Shown here piece by piece: positions 10,067 through 20,437 of a stretch of DNA of 64,000 nucleotides (position 1 is the first letter of the stretch; each line of letters begins with the position of its first letter). The notes below the pieces were generated by a model that was not told the origin of the DNA, did no database searches, and worked only from the letters and a program-made list of their open reading frames with translations. The stretch comes from an uncultured Planctomycetota bacterium (GTDB lineage: Bacteria > Planctomycetota > Planctomycetia > Pirellulales > Lacipirellulaceae). The position numbers were made by a program, and so were the translations under genes. Where the stretch lies: positions 64,001-128,000 of the forward strand of contig CAVRBU010000006.1 in assembly GCA_963719315.1 (NCBI GenBank). The letters run 5' to 3'.

Positions 10067-10173
10067 GTAGTTGAATTCGCAAGAATTCAGAAAACGATTC
10101 AATTCACTGAAGTTTTGCAAATTCAGCTATCGCGTAAATCGGTGGTGAAACTGCTTCTACGTATTCGGAGGAG

Positions 10174-10581
10174 ATGATGTCGAACGATCTGCAACCGGCG
10201 GCGACTTCGAAGGGGATGTTGTGGGCAGGCTGGATCTTGACGCTGTTGCCTGTACCCTTGTTTGTCATGGGCGGAATCATGAGCATCCGGATGCCGCCGG
10301 AAATTCAAGAGAATTTCAAAGCAATGGGCTGGCAACCAAACATGGCGCTCGTCGTGGCGGTCCTGAATCTGGGAAGTTTGGTTCTCTACCTGATCCCTCA
10401 AACGGCCGTGCTGGGAGCAATCTTGCTGACTGGTTATTTGGGTGGCGCGGTCGCGACGCACTTGCGCGTGGGCGAAACGGGCAAGTGTTGGGTACCGGTC
10501 GCGTTCGGCGTGGTGATTTGGCTAGGGCTATTCTTACGCGACGCGCACATCCGATCCCTGATCCCTATTCGAAAACTTTAA
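10174..10581 (+). CDS. DoxX family membrane protein
   Basis: LYLIPQTAVLGAILLTGYLGGAVATHLR; four hydrophobic segments. Confidence 0.88.
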   Translation: MMSNDLQPAATSKGMLWAGWILTLLPVPLFVMGGIMSIRMPPEIQENFKAMGWQPNMALVVAVLNLGSLVLYLIPQTAVLGAILLTGYLGGAVATHLRVGETGKCWVPVAFGVVIWLGLFLRDAHIRSLIPIRKL

Positions 10582-10614
10582 TCGAGTTCGCAGCAACGAC
10601 AACGGGAGAAACTG

Positions 10615-11802
10615 ATGAGCAGCGTTCGTGTTCTCGTCGGCACGCGCAAAGGCGCGTTCCTACTCAACAGCGACGGCAAGCGCCAGCGTTGGGAAGTAAG
10701 TGGCCCCCACTTCGGCGGCTGGGAAGTCTACCATTTGAAGGCTTCGCCCGTCGATCCGAATCGCATCTATGCCTCGCAAACCAGCAGTTGGTTTGGGCAG
10801 ATCATACAGCGTTCGGACGACGGCGGCAAAACATGGCACCAACCGGGCACGCCGGCCGGAGAACCTACCACGACTCCGGATGGCATGCCCAAGGCCGAGA
10901 GCAATAAGTTCGTGTACGACACGTCGCCCGCCGCCGGCAAACCGCTGACCACGCACCAGTGGTACGACGGCACGCAGCACCCGTGGGAGTTCAAGCGCGT
11001 GTGGCATTTGGAGCCGTCGCTCAGCGACCCGAATACGGTGTATGCCGGCGTGGAAGATGCCGCGATGTTCCGTTCAACCGACGGTGGACAGTCGTGGCAC
11101 GAGTTGGCCGGCCTCCGCGGCCACGGCACCGGCCCGCAATGGTCGCCCGGCGCCGGCGGCATGGGGCTGCACACGATTCTGATCGATCCGAAAAATCAAG
11201 ACCGCATCTTCGTTGCGATCTCTGCCGCCGGCACGTTCCGCACCGAGGACGGCGGCAAAACGTGGAAGCCCATCAATCGCGGTCTGCGCTCGCAGTACAT
11301 TCCCGATCCGGACGCCGAAGTCGGCCACTGTGTGCACCGCATCGCGCTGCACCCCGCCCGCCCGAACGTGCTGTTCATGCAAAAGCATTGGGACGTTATG
11401 CGCAGCGACGACGCCGGCGATTCGTGGCACGAAATCAGCGGCGATTTGCCGACCGACTTCGGCTTCCCGATCGAAGTGCACGCTCACGAGCCGGATACGG
11501 TGTACGTCGTGCCGATCACGAGCGACTCGCTCCACTATCCGCCGGAGGGGAAGCTGCGCATGTACCGCAGCCGCACCGGCGGCAACGATTGGGAGCCCCT
11601 CACGAACGGCCTGCCGCAAGAGAATTGTTACGTGAACGTCCTGCGCGATGCGACGTGCGTCGATTCACTCGACCCCTGCGGCGTGTATTTCGGCACGACC
11701 GGTGGCCAGGTCTACGCTTCCGCCGACGGCGGCGACCGCTGGGCCCCCATCGTCCGCGACCTGCCGGCTGTGGTGTCGGTCGAAGTGCAGGTGTTGAAGT
11801 AA
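10615..11802 (+). CDS. BNR/Asp-box beta-propeller (sialidase-like) protein
   Basis: Repeated RSxDGGxxW boxes; no signal peptide. Confidence 0.88.
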   Translation: MSSVRVLVGTRKGAFLLNSDGKRQRWEVSGPHFGGWEVYHLKASPVDPNRIYASQTSSWFGQIIQRSDDGGKTWHQPGTPAGEPTTTPDGMPKAESNKFVYDTSPAAGKPLTTHQWYDGTQHPWEFKRVWHLEPSLSDPNTVYAGVEDAAMFRSTDGGQSWHELAGLRGHGTGPQWSPGAGGMGLHTILIDPKNQDRIFVAISAAGTFRTEDGGKTWKPINRGLRSQYIPDPDAEVGHCVHRIALHPARPNVLFMQKHWDVMRSDDAGDSWHEISGDLPTDFGFPIEVHAHEPDTVYVVPITSDSLHYPPEGKLRMYRSRTGGNDWEPLTNGLPQENCYVNVLRDATCVDSLDPCGVYFGTTGGQVYASADGGDRWAPIVRDLPAVVSVEVQVLK

Positions 11803-11806
11803 ACAA

Positions 11807-11952
11807 CTCAAAGTGAAACCGCCAAGTACGCCAAGAGCACAAGTTTTCATTATGTTCCGATTAAGACGCGAGAGACTGTCGGAACGACCATTCACAGACA
11901 AACTGTTTGGCAAGTTTTATTCTCATTGCATTACTTGGCGATCTTGGCGGTT
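11807..11952. repeat. Family B long element (about 145 bp) with AACCGCCAAG..CGCCAAG inverted ends; second copy 24258-24402
   Basis: Full-length diverged homology between the two copies. Confidence 0.75.
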
Positions 11953-12010
11953 ATTTTTTTCAGTTTGAGTAAACAAAGACTACTGATCGGCATTTTTCAT
12001 TTTGAACTAA

Positions 12011-12307
12011 ATGATTCGAGTCATACTACCTTACCATCTGAAGATGCTCGCCAAGGTGGGCGGCGAAGTGGAACTCGACGTTCCCGCCCCCGTCACTTTA
12101 AGAGCCGCGCTCGATGCGCTCGAAACCCGTTACCCGATGCTTCGCGGCACGATTCGCGACCAGGTCACCGGCGAGCGCCGGGCGTTTTTGCGATTCTTCG
12201 CCTGCGAGCAGGATTTTTCCAACGACTCGTCGGATACGCCGCTGCCGGTGAAAGTGGCGGCCGGTGAAGAACCGCTATTGGTGATCGGCGCAATCGCAGG
12301 CGGCTAG
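12011..12307 (+). CDS. MoaD/ThiS-like ubiquitin-fold protein
   Basis: 98 aa ending [20 protein letters not shown]. Confidence 0.88.
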   Translation: MIRVILPYHLKMLAKVGGEVELDVPAPVTLRAALDALETRYPMLRGTIRDQVTGERRAFLRFFACEQDFSNDSSDTPLPVKVAAGEEPLLVIGAIAGG

Positions 12308-12312
12308 GATGG

Positions 12313-14708
12313 CTACTGCGAAATCGCCTGGCGGAGTGTGTGCGGGTCGATCGGCTTCACTAAATGATCGTCGAAGCCCGCTTCGCGCGCGTTGCGGCGG
12401 TCCTCGTCCTGGCCCCAGCCGGTGAGCGCCACGATGCGGATCGTCTTGCCCCACGGTTGTTGTCGGATTGAGCGGCATACGTCGTAACCGTTCATGCCGG
12501 GCAGGCCGATGTCGAGCAACATTACGTCGGGCTGATAGGACTCGGCCGTTTTAACGGCGACGAGCCCGTCGTAGACTGTTTCGACTTCATGTCCGCTCAA
12601 GCGGAGCAGCATTGCCACCGTATCGGCGGCGTCCTGGTTGTCGTCGGTGACGAGGATTCGCTTGGGCGATGTGGTGACGGCGACCGGCGGCTGATTGGTT
12701 GGCGCGCGCGGCGGCTCATTCGCAAGTGCGGGGAGACGGACCAGGAACTCGCTGCCGTGACCGAGACCGGCGCTCTGCGCCGCGATGCTGCCGCCGTGCA
12801 GCTCGACCAGCCGCTTCACCAGCGTCAACCCGATGCCCAGACCGCTGCGAGTGCGTTCGAGCGATTGGTCGACCTGCGAAAACATTTCGAAGATACCTTC
12901 GAGTTGGTCGGGCGCGATGCCGATGCCGGTGTCCGAGACGGTGACGGCGACCTCGCCGCCTTCGCGCGCGGCGGCGATTGTGATTGTGCCGCCCGGCTCG
13001 GTGAATTTGCAGGCGTTGTTGAGCAGGTTGCTGAACACCTGAGCGAGTCGCACGGGATCGCCCTGAACCCAGATGGGCGTTGCCGGCAGCGCAACGCGCT
13101 GTTCATGTCCGCCGGCCTCCGCCAGTGGGCGGCTGATTTCAACCGCCTGGTGAATGATCGACGCCAGCTCGACGCGCTGCTTGCGGAGCTCGAGCTTATC
13201 GCGCGTAATGCGGCCAATATCGAGCAGATCGTCCACCAGCCGCACCATCTGGCCGAATTGCCGCTCCATCGTATCGCGGGCTCGTTCGAGCATGCCGGGG
13301 TTGCCGTTGGCGTGCTTGATGATTTCGAGTGCGTTGCCGATCGGCGCGAGCGGGTTCCGCAGCTCGTGGGCCAGCGTGGCCAGGAACTCGTCCTTGCGGC
13401 GAGCGGTCTCCTTCGCGTCCTCCTCGATCTGCTTCCGCTCGGTGATATCGACGCACGAGCCGATGTAGCCGGCAAAATCGCCGTTCGATTCGTATCGCGG
13501 AATTCCGTTATCCAGAACCCAGCGATATTCGCAATCGCGGCGCCGCAAGCGATATTCCATCGCAAAGGTCTGCCGAGACTCGAAAGCCTGGATGTAGGCA
13601 TCGCGGCAGCGGTCGAGGTCCTCGGGGTGGATACTGGCTTTCCAACCGGTGCCGATTTCGCTCTCCATCGGTTGGCCGACGAACTCCAGCCAGCGCTTAT
13701 TGAACCACGTGCGTCGGCGATCGGGGCCGCTCATCCAAATCAGGACGGGCGCGGCGTCGGCCATGATCCGGAATCGCTGTTCGGTTTCGCGGAGCGCTTG
13801 CTCGGCGGCCCGGGCGATCATGGCTTGCCGGCTGATGCCGTCGGCCGTCCACCACAGCAGGCCCAGCAAGAGCAGGATCTCGATCAGGGTCCGCACCGCG
13901 GTGCCGAATGCGGGATCGTACAGCTCGACTTGCTGGCCCGCGAGTCGCAACCAGCCTAAGAGCAGCGGCACGCCGATGATCGGCACCATCAACCTGCGGA
14001 CGAGCAGACCGCCCGCGTCGTTGCGCCGCAGGATCGCCGACACACCGTGCTCCGGAATGGCCGCAATCAGCCCGATTGCGAGGGCGGCGATCATCGTGCT
14101 CGTTTGCCAGGCGATGCCGGTAAAATGCGGCAAGATATACAACTGATCCGCGTTGTACCAATAGCCGATGAGCGACAGCGACACGATCGCCATGACGCCC
14201 AGCGCCAACATGCTGGCCAGGCGTCGCGGCGCCCGGCCACAAGTGGCCAGCAGCAGCCCGATCCCAAGGACAAGGATTGCGGTTGAAGCGGGCAGTCCCA
14301 TCCGCATTGGCGCGGTGCTGGCCTTCTGTCCCCACGGCCGATTGAAGAGCAGTGTGTCAATTCCAAGATTGATGCGGAACAAATGCTCCAATAGCGTGAG
14401 AGTACCGATCACGGCCATGCACGTCGTCAGAATGCGCACGGTCGTTCGTCGGCCCGGATTGCTTTGTGGAATCGGAAGCAGCAGCAGCGCGATTCCGCCC
14501 AACACGACACACACTGCCGTGTTGGCGAACATCGAGATGCCGTCGTTGTTCCAGTCGGTGAGCCGTGGAATGTCGAGCACCAGCCAACCAGCGTGAGGAT
14601 TCCGCCGATGATTGCATAGAGGGCCGCAGCCAGGGCGAAGGCGCGACTCACGCGATCGTAGCGATTTTCGATCGACGGCAACGGCACTGGGGGATCGCTG
14701 TGAGACAC
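12313..14708 (-). CDS. Membrane hybrid sensor histidine kinase (PAS-HisKA-HATPase-REC); apparent frameshift near 14580
   Basis: LAHELRNPL, NLLNNACKF, DTGIG, GLGIGL, LLDIGLP, DHLVKP; first TM is in the frame starting 14708. Confidence 0.92.
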
Positions 14709-14848
14709 GGGCCATCCGAATTCCGGTCAGTCGTTTGCGGCAAGCCGCGGGCGCGCCTGCCCGCGCAGGCGGAGCATTCTCAGTCTACCACCAAAACCGT
14801 AGGCGAGCATGCCCGATATCGTGGGCCGCGATGGGGCGATTTGCTTTT

Positions 14849-14933
14849 GTAGGTCCCTTCTGCCGGAAGGGACTCTCGCGAATTCGCGATATTGCAGAGC
14901 AGGTTCAGGTCCGGCTCGGCAAGCGGGACCTAC
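14849..14933. repeat. REPIN family C (GTAGGTCCC...GGGACCTAC), copy 1
   Basis: Two inverted GTAG-headed palindromes; four copies in window. Confidence 0.85.
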
Positions 14934-15032
14934 CTTTCGGGCTAAGCATTACGATAGATTTAAGTGGGCCGTAAGACACCGGCGGCTAGAGATCGCCGCT
15001 ACGAGGGGAATTTGGCGTGAATGGTGTGAACT

Positions 15033-15515
15033 ATGAATGACGAGCCAATCGCATCGACCGATCGTTCGGTTGTAGACGTTTCACTGCTGCTGCTGCGCGT
15101 GATCGTCGGCGTGATCTTCGTCGCGCATGGATCGCAAAAGCTGTTCGGGGCGTTCGGTGGGCCGGGCTTGGCCGAGGTGGTGAAGATGTTCGGCGGTGGG
15201 CCGCTTGGGTACCTCGTGACGATCGGTGAGTTCTTCGGCGGGCTAGGGCTGATCTTCGGATTCTTATCGCGGTTCTCGGCGGCGTCGCTGATCGTCATCA
15301 TGATCGGCGCGATCGCCATGGTGCATGGCCGCAACGGGTTCTTTCTCGGCAAAGGGCCCGCGAGCACGATGGCTGAAGCCGGCTTCGAATACTGCCTGGC
15401 ACTCATTGGGTTACTGCTACCGATTCTGTTGTGCGGGCCAGGCCGGCTCTCGATTGGCCGACTGTTCATGCCCAAATCGGCAAAAACCGGGCGACCCGTT
15501 GTCGTTTTGGAATAG
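15033..15515 (+). CDS. DoxX family protein
   Basis: LLRVIVGVIFVAHGSQKLFG, GEFFGGL, GFEY, GPGRLS. Confidence 0.9.
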   Translation: MNDEPIASTDRSVVDVSLLLLRVIVGVIFVAHGSQKLFGAFGGPGLAEVVKMFGGGPLGYLVTIGEFFGGLGLIFGFLSRFSAASLIVIMIGAIAMVHGRNGFFLGKGPASTMAEAGFEYCLALIGLLLPILLCGPGRLSIGRLFMPKSAKTGRPVVVLE

Positions 15516-15612
15516 AGCAACGATAATCTTTGGAATAGCCGCGTCTCGCTGCGATCCCGATGCGCGGCGGCGGGCGAAGCTATATCCCCACTTCTCTTTT
15601 CTGGAGGCTGTC

Positions 15613-16263
15613 ATGAACTTGAAAAAACTGTTTGCGCTGCTATTTGTCGCGGCTGCCGGGTTGGCGGCGATTGCCTCGTTCGCGATTGCGGACGCATCGA
15701 AGGAAACGAAAGCTCCGGCGGCTTCGGCCGAAATCAAGTTGCCGCCGGGCTGGACGGTGGAAGACATGCAAGCCTGCATGCTCGCCGGCACGCCGGGAAA
15801 ACAGCAGGCGCATCTGGCCAAGGAAGCCGGCGTGTGGAACGGTAAGTCCACCACGTACATGCCGGGCGCCGAACCGGTGACGAGCGAGTGCGTCTCCACC
15901 ATTACGCCCATCATGGATGGCCGCTTCATCAAATGCGAGATCAAGGGCGACATGCCGGGCATGGGGCCGTTCGAGGGTATCGGGATCTACGGCTTCGATA
16001 ACGTGTCGCAGAAGTTCGTCTCCAATTGGATCGACAACCAAAGCACCGGCATCATGAACGGCACGGGCGAGCTCTCGAAGGACGGCAAAGTGATGACTTG
16101 GAAATTCACGTTCAATTGCCCGATCACGAAGAAGCCGGCGGTCATGCGCGAGATTGAAACGGTGACCGGCCCGAACACGAAGCGGTTCGAGATGTTCGCC
16201 CCCGATCCGAAGACCGGCAAAGAATCGAAGATGATGACCATCGAGTTCACGAAGAAGAGTTAA
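15613..16263 (+). CDS. DUF1579-like secreted protein
   Basis: Signal peptide; GTPGKQ, MDGRF, PFEGIGIYGFDN, WIDN; GGAGG RBS. Confidence 0.8.
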   Translation: MNLKKLFALLFVAAAGLAAIASFAIADASKETKAPAASAEIKLPPGWTVEDMQACMLAGTPGKQQAHLAKEAGVWNGKSTTYMPGAEPVTSECVSTITPIMDGRFIKCEIKGDMPGMGPFEGIGIYGFDNVSQKFVSNWIDNQSTGIMNGTGELSKDGKVMTWKFTFNCPITKKPAVMREIETVTGPNTKRFEMFAPDPKTGKESKMMTIEFTKKS

Positions 16264-16282
16264 GCCGGATCTTGGAAACATT

Positions 16283-16362
16283 GAACCGCCATGGACGCCA
16301 AGTGCGCCAAGGAAGGCAGATGGCAGATGTTTTTCTTGGCGACCTTTGTGATCTTGGCGGTT
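16283..16362. repeat. Family B short hairpin (9-nt-period CGCCAAG units, inverted); also 23391-23475 and 29745-29828
   Basis: GAACCGCC..CGCCAAG / CTTGGCG..CTTGGCGGTT arms with unrelated loops. Confidence 0.75.
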
Positions 16363-16405
16363 TCGTCATTGTGCTACGCTCACAAAGCAATCGGAGAACG
16401 ACGCG

Positions 16406-17308
16406 ATGTGGCGGAACGTGATGATTATCGTGTGGGCGTTGGTGACGGCGCTGGAGCTTAAGGGCACCGGCAAAGCCACAGACCCGCCGCCGTTTCCGAT
16501 TCAGGCGCATCGCTGCGCCGGCATCGCCATGCCGGAAAACACGCTGGAATCGGCTCAATGGGCCTGGCAACATGGTGTCACTCCCGAGTGCGACTTGCGG
16601 ATGACCAAGGACCGGCAAATTGTTTGCTTCCACGACCCCAATTTCGCCCGCGTGCCGGTGAACGTCGACGCGAAGACCAAGAAGCTCGGCGTCGAGAAGT
16701 TGACGCTGACTGAGCTCAAGAAGCTCGATGTCGGTTCGTTCCGCGGCGCGCAATATTCCGGCGAGCGGATTCCCACGCTGGAATCGATCTTCGCCGAAAT
16801 GCACGGCCATCCAGAACGGATGCTCTATCTCGACATCAAAACCGTCGACATGGATCGGCTGGCTGAGCTCATTCGCAAATATGGTGTTGAGCAACAAGGC
16901 ATCTTCACGTCGACCCACTACGATTTGCTTCAGGATTGGAAGAAGCGAATTCCCGAATCGCCGACGCTGCTCTGGAACGGCGGCACCGAAGCGGAACTCA
17001 CCAAGAAAATGGATGGGCTGCGGAAAGACGATTTCAAGGGCATCACCTACTTGCAGATTCACGTCCACGTCGGCGACCTCGCGAGCGACGAGCCGTTCGA
17101 TCCGCGGAGCGAGTTCTTGCGCACGCTGGGCAAGGAACTGAAATTGCGCGGTATCGTGTTTCAGGTTCTGCCCTGGGAGTGTTCGGACCAGCGGGCGTAT
17201 GAAAAACTCCTCGCGCTCGGCGCCGAGTCATTTGCGACTGATTACCCGGAGGTGACGCTGGGCGCGGTTCGGAGCTTTCGTGCGAAGAGCGGAAAGCAAC
17301 AACCTTAA
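16406..17308 (+). CDS. Glycerophosphodiester phosphodiesterase family protein
   Basis: AHR, PENTL, ECDLRMTKD, HD, IPTL, DIK, TDYP; hydrophobic N-terminus. Confidence 0.9.
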   Translation: MWRNVMIIVWALVTALELKGTGKATDPPPFPIQAHRCAGIAMPENTLESAQWAWQHGVTPECDLRMTKDRQIVCFHDPNFARVPVNVDAKTKKLGVEKLTLTELKKLDVGSFRGAQYSGERIPTLESIFAEMHGHPERMLYLDIKTVDMDRLAELIRKYGVEQQGIFTSTHYDLLQDWKKRIPESPTLLWNGGTEAELTKKMDGLRKDDFKGITYLQIHVHVGDLASDEPFDPRSEFLRTLGKELKLRGIVFQVLPWECSDQRAYEKLLALGAESFATDYPEVTLGAVRSFRAKSGKQQP

Positions 17309-17320
17309 TGCGGTGCGTGG

Positions 17321-18664
17321 ATGACCGAGGACGATAAGTTGATGGAGTCGGCCCTGCGTCGCGCCCGCGACACCCGCAAACTCGTGGTCGCCCCGGGCGC
17401 GCGGCGCAACGTGGCCGACGTGTTCGCCGAACTGTTTGGCAATTCGCCTTGCATTATCATCGCTGACGAAAACACTTTCGCCGTAGCCGGTCAGGATGCT
17501 TACGACGGCTTACGAGCCAGTGGCCGCAAATGCTTCGAACCGCTCGTGCTGGAAGCCGAGGGGCTGTACGCCGAATACGCTTTCGTCACGCAAATTCAAC
17601 GGGCGCTTGCGGGCAACGACGCCATCCCCGTGGCCGTTGGGGCAGGGTCGATCAACGATCTCACGAAGCTCGCTTCACACCTCAGCGGGCGGCAATACTT
17701 GTCCCTGGCGACGGCCGCCTCAATGGATGGTTACACGGCGTTCGGCGCATCGATCACACACGAAGGCTCCAAGCAGACGTTCGATTGCCCGGCGCCGCTC
17801 GGCGTCGTGGCCGACTTGGACGTGATCGCCGCCGCGCCGCAGGGGCTAAATGCATCCGGTTACGCGGATCTGGTGGCGAAAGTGCCTGCCGGCGTCGATT
17901 GGCTGCTCGCCGACAGCCTCGGCGTTGATGCCATCGACCTCGACATTTGGGACATGGTCCAATCCCGGCTCGACGTATGGATGAGCGACCCTTGCGGTGT
18001 TCACACCGGCGACTTGAACGCCACGCGCCGGCTCACAATCGCGCTTATGATCACCGGTTTTGCAATGCAGGCCGCCTGTTCCAGCCGGCCGGTCTCCGGC
18101 GCGGAGCACCAATTCAGCCACTTGTGGGACATGGAGCACCACACGTACCGCGGCATCACGCCGTCGCACGGCTTCAAGGTGGGCATCGGCTCGCTTGCGT
18201 CGCTCGCGCTGTACGAAGCGGTGATGGCGTACGATTTCTCACAGCTCGACGTCGAGGCGGCCGTGAGCGGCTGGCCAAACCTTGCGGCAAACGACCAGGA
18301 AATCAATGCGCTGTTCGAGACGCCCGAGCTGCGCCGCAAGGCGATTCTTGAAAGCACGACGAAATACATCGACCACGACGCGCTCCGCACGCAGCTCGAA
18401 CAGGTGAAGCGCGACTGGCCGCGAATTCGCGAACGGCTCGCGGAAAAGCTCATGACCCGCGCCGAAGTCCTCGACCTTCTCCAAGCGGCCGGTTGCCCGG
18501 TGAAGTCGGAGGACATCGGCATTTCGCCCGAGCGCCTGCGGATCAGCTTTCGCAAGGCGTACCACATTCGCCGGCGATTCACGGTGCTTGATCTGGTTCG
18601 CCGCGCCGATTTATGGGACCATCTCCTCGACCAGGTCTTTAACGGCAAAGCGAACCAAGCATGA
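17321..18664 (+). CDS. sn-glycerol-1-phosphate dehydrogenase (EgsA/AraM family)
   Basis: AVGAGSINDLTK, TAASMDGY, SGYADL, SRPVSGAEHQFSH, SHGFKVG. Confidence 0.88.
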   Translation: MTEDDKLMESALRRARDTRKLVVAPGARRNVADVFAELFGNSPCIIIADENTFAVAGQDAYDGLRASGRKCFEPLVLEAEGLYAEYAFVTQIQRALAGNDAIPVAVGAGSINDLTKLASHLSGRQYLSLATAASMDGYTAFGASITHEGSKQTFDCPAPLGVVADLDVIAAAPQGLNASGYADLVAKVPAGVDWLLADSLGVDAIDLDIWDMVQSRLDVWMSDPCGVHTGDLNATRRLTIALMITGFAMQAACSSRPVSGAEHQFSHLWDMEHHTYRGITPSHGFKVGIGSLASLALYEAVMAYDFSQLDVEAAVSGWPNLAANDQEINALFETPELRRKAILESTTKYIDHDALRTQLEQVKRDWPRIRERLAEKLMTRAEVLDLLQAAGCPVKSEDIGISPERLRISFRKAYHIRRRFTVLDLVRRADLWDHLLDQVFNGKANQA

Positions 18665-20130
18665 GTGCCGACCCCGCCGCGGCCGCCCGTCCGTCGTACG
18701 ATGCGTCCGCGGGGCACGTCGCTTCGCCCGCGGCGGCCGCGTCGCAACGCGCGGAGTTCGCTTATTGGCAACGCCGCATCCTCGTGTCATCGATGATCGG
18801 CTACGCCTTGTTTTACTTCGTGCGAAAAAACATCAGCGTGGCGGCGCCCGTGATGTACACGAGCCTGGGCATTTCCAAAAGCCAGTTCGGCCTGTTTCTC
18901 ACGCTGCACGGCTTGATGTACGGGATCTCGAAGTTCTTGAACGGCATCGCCGGCGACCGCGTCAACGCGCGGTGGTTCATGGTGACGGGCCTGGTATTTT
19001 GCGGCGTCATCAACATTATTTTCGGCCTGAGCGCATCGATCCTGTCGTTGGGAATTCTGTGGACGCTGAATGGCTGGTTTCAGGGGATGGGCTTTCCACC
19101 TTGTGCCCGACTGATGACGCATTGGTTCTCGCCGCGCGAGTTCGCCACGAAGATGGCGATTTGGAATTCGTCCCATTCGCTGGGCGCCGGCTTGATCTTC
19201 ATACTGTGCGGTTATCTGGCTCCCATCGATTGGAGGCTGTGCTTCTTCGTTCCGGCGGGAATCGTGCTGTTCGGTGCGGCCTGTTTGGCGATTGTGCTTC
19301 GAGACACGCCTGAATCGCTGGGCTTTCCGCCGGTGGAAGGCACGGCCGATATGCAGCACGATGCCGAGCCGCTCGCCAGCGCGCTGCGGCGCTTGGTGTT
19401 CCGCAATCCCTATATTTGGCTATTTGCCCTGGCGAATTTTTTTGTGTACGCCGTGCGTTACGGAATTCTCGATTGGGGCCCCACCTTTTTGAAGGAGGCC
19501 CGCGGCATCGACCTGTCGAACGCCACTTGGATCGTGGCGGCGTATGAAGGCGCGGGCCTGTTGGGCATGCTCTCGGGCGGCTGGATCACCGACCGCATGT
19601 TTGGTGGCCGGCCGGCGCGAGCCTGTTTCTTCTACATGATCTTCTGCACCGTCGCACTGCTCATGTTTTGGAAGCTGCCGAACCAAACGTGGATTTCGAG
19701 TACGATCCTGCTTTGCCTGGCCGGCTTCTTTATCTATGGTCCGCAGAGCCTGATCGGCACCGCGGCTGCAAACCTGGCCACCAAGCGGGCGGCGGCGGCT
19801 GCCGTCGGCGTCACCGGCGTGTTCGGCTATTTGAGCACCACTCTCTCCGGCGTGGGAATCGGCGCGCTCGTGCAACATTATGGTTCGAACGCCAGCTCGA
19901 TCGTGTTCGAGCGGACGGCCGCGGCGACCGTGGGAATCACCGGTGTCGGCGGTTATCTCGCCACGGCGTTTACTTGCCGAGGGATGGGCGTGCTGGTCGG
20001 GCACCAGGGTTGGGACGCCGGATTTGCCGTGTTTGTCGTATGCAGCATGGCCGGCGTGTTGCTATTCGCCGTGTGCTGGCCGGCGAAGCCGCACGGATAT
20101 GTCGAAAATGAGACCACTCATTGCGACTAA
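18661..20130 (+). CDS. MFS organophosphate:Pi antiporter (GlpT/UhpC family)
   Basis: FYFVRKN, YGISKF, NGWFQGMGFPP, WNSSH, YAVRYG, IYGPQ; start overlaps upstream stop. Confidence 0.92.
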   Translation: MSADPAAAARPSYDASAGHVASPAAAASQRAEFAYWQRRILVSSMIGYALFYFVRKNISVAAPVMYTSLGISKSQFGLFLTLHGLMYGISKFLNGIAGDRVNARWFMVTGLVFCGVINIIFGLSASILSLGILWTLNGWFQGMGFPPCARLMTHWFSPREFATKMAIWNSSHSLGAGLIFILCGYLAPIDWRLCFFVPAGIVLFGAACLAIVLRDTPESLGFPPVEGTADMQHDAEPLASALRRLVFRNPYIWLFALANFFVYAVRYGILDWGPTFLKEARGIDLSNATWIVAAYEGAGLLGMLSGGWITDRMFGGRPARACFFYMIFCTVALLMFWKLPNQTWISSTILLCLAGFFIYGPQSLIGTAAANLATKRAAAAAVGVTGVFGYLSTTLSGVGIGALVQHYGSNASSIVFERTAAATVGITGVGGYLATAFTCRGMGVLVGHQGWDAGFAVFVVCSMAGVLLFAVCWPAKPHGYVENETTHCD

Positions 20131-20244
20131 CAAATTGAACCGCCAGATCGAGGCCGATGGCGGCGCGAGCAGGAACGTCAGTAGGTCGCGCAACCTCTCG
20201 GGGCGGTCGAATTTGCGAAAACGCAACCGTGGCATTAGACGAAT

Positions 20245-20360
20245 GGTGTCCTAATTTGGCGCCGTTCGGACCGGAACTTTGTAGCACGGACTTCAGTCCG
20301 TACGAGAATCACGGACTGAAGTCCGTGCTACCAGGTAGTTGTGCTGCAAACTGGGACACC
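20245..20360. repeat. Composite element family D (outer inverted ends, inner 51-bp GTAG palindrome), copy 1
   Basis: Homologous to 41576-41692. Confidence 0.85.
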
Positions 20361-20437
20361 GGCGTTAGACGCGCCGGCCAATGGCACGACGGCGCGGACC
20401 GGGTTACAGTGGACATCCCTCCCTTTCAGGATTCGCG

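Noticed and set aside
12589..13959. Long antisense ORFs (also 161-1195, 30552-31781, 57458-58969)
   Set aside because: Shadow frames of real genes in GC-rich DNA
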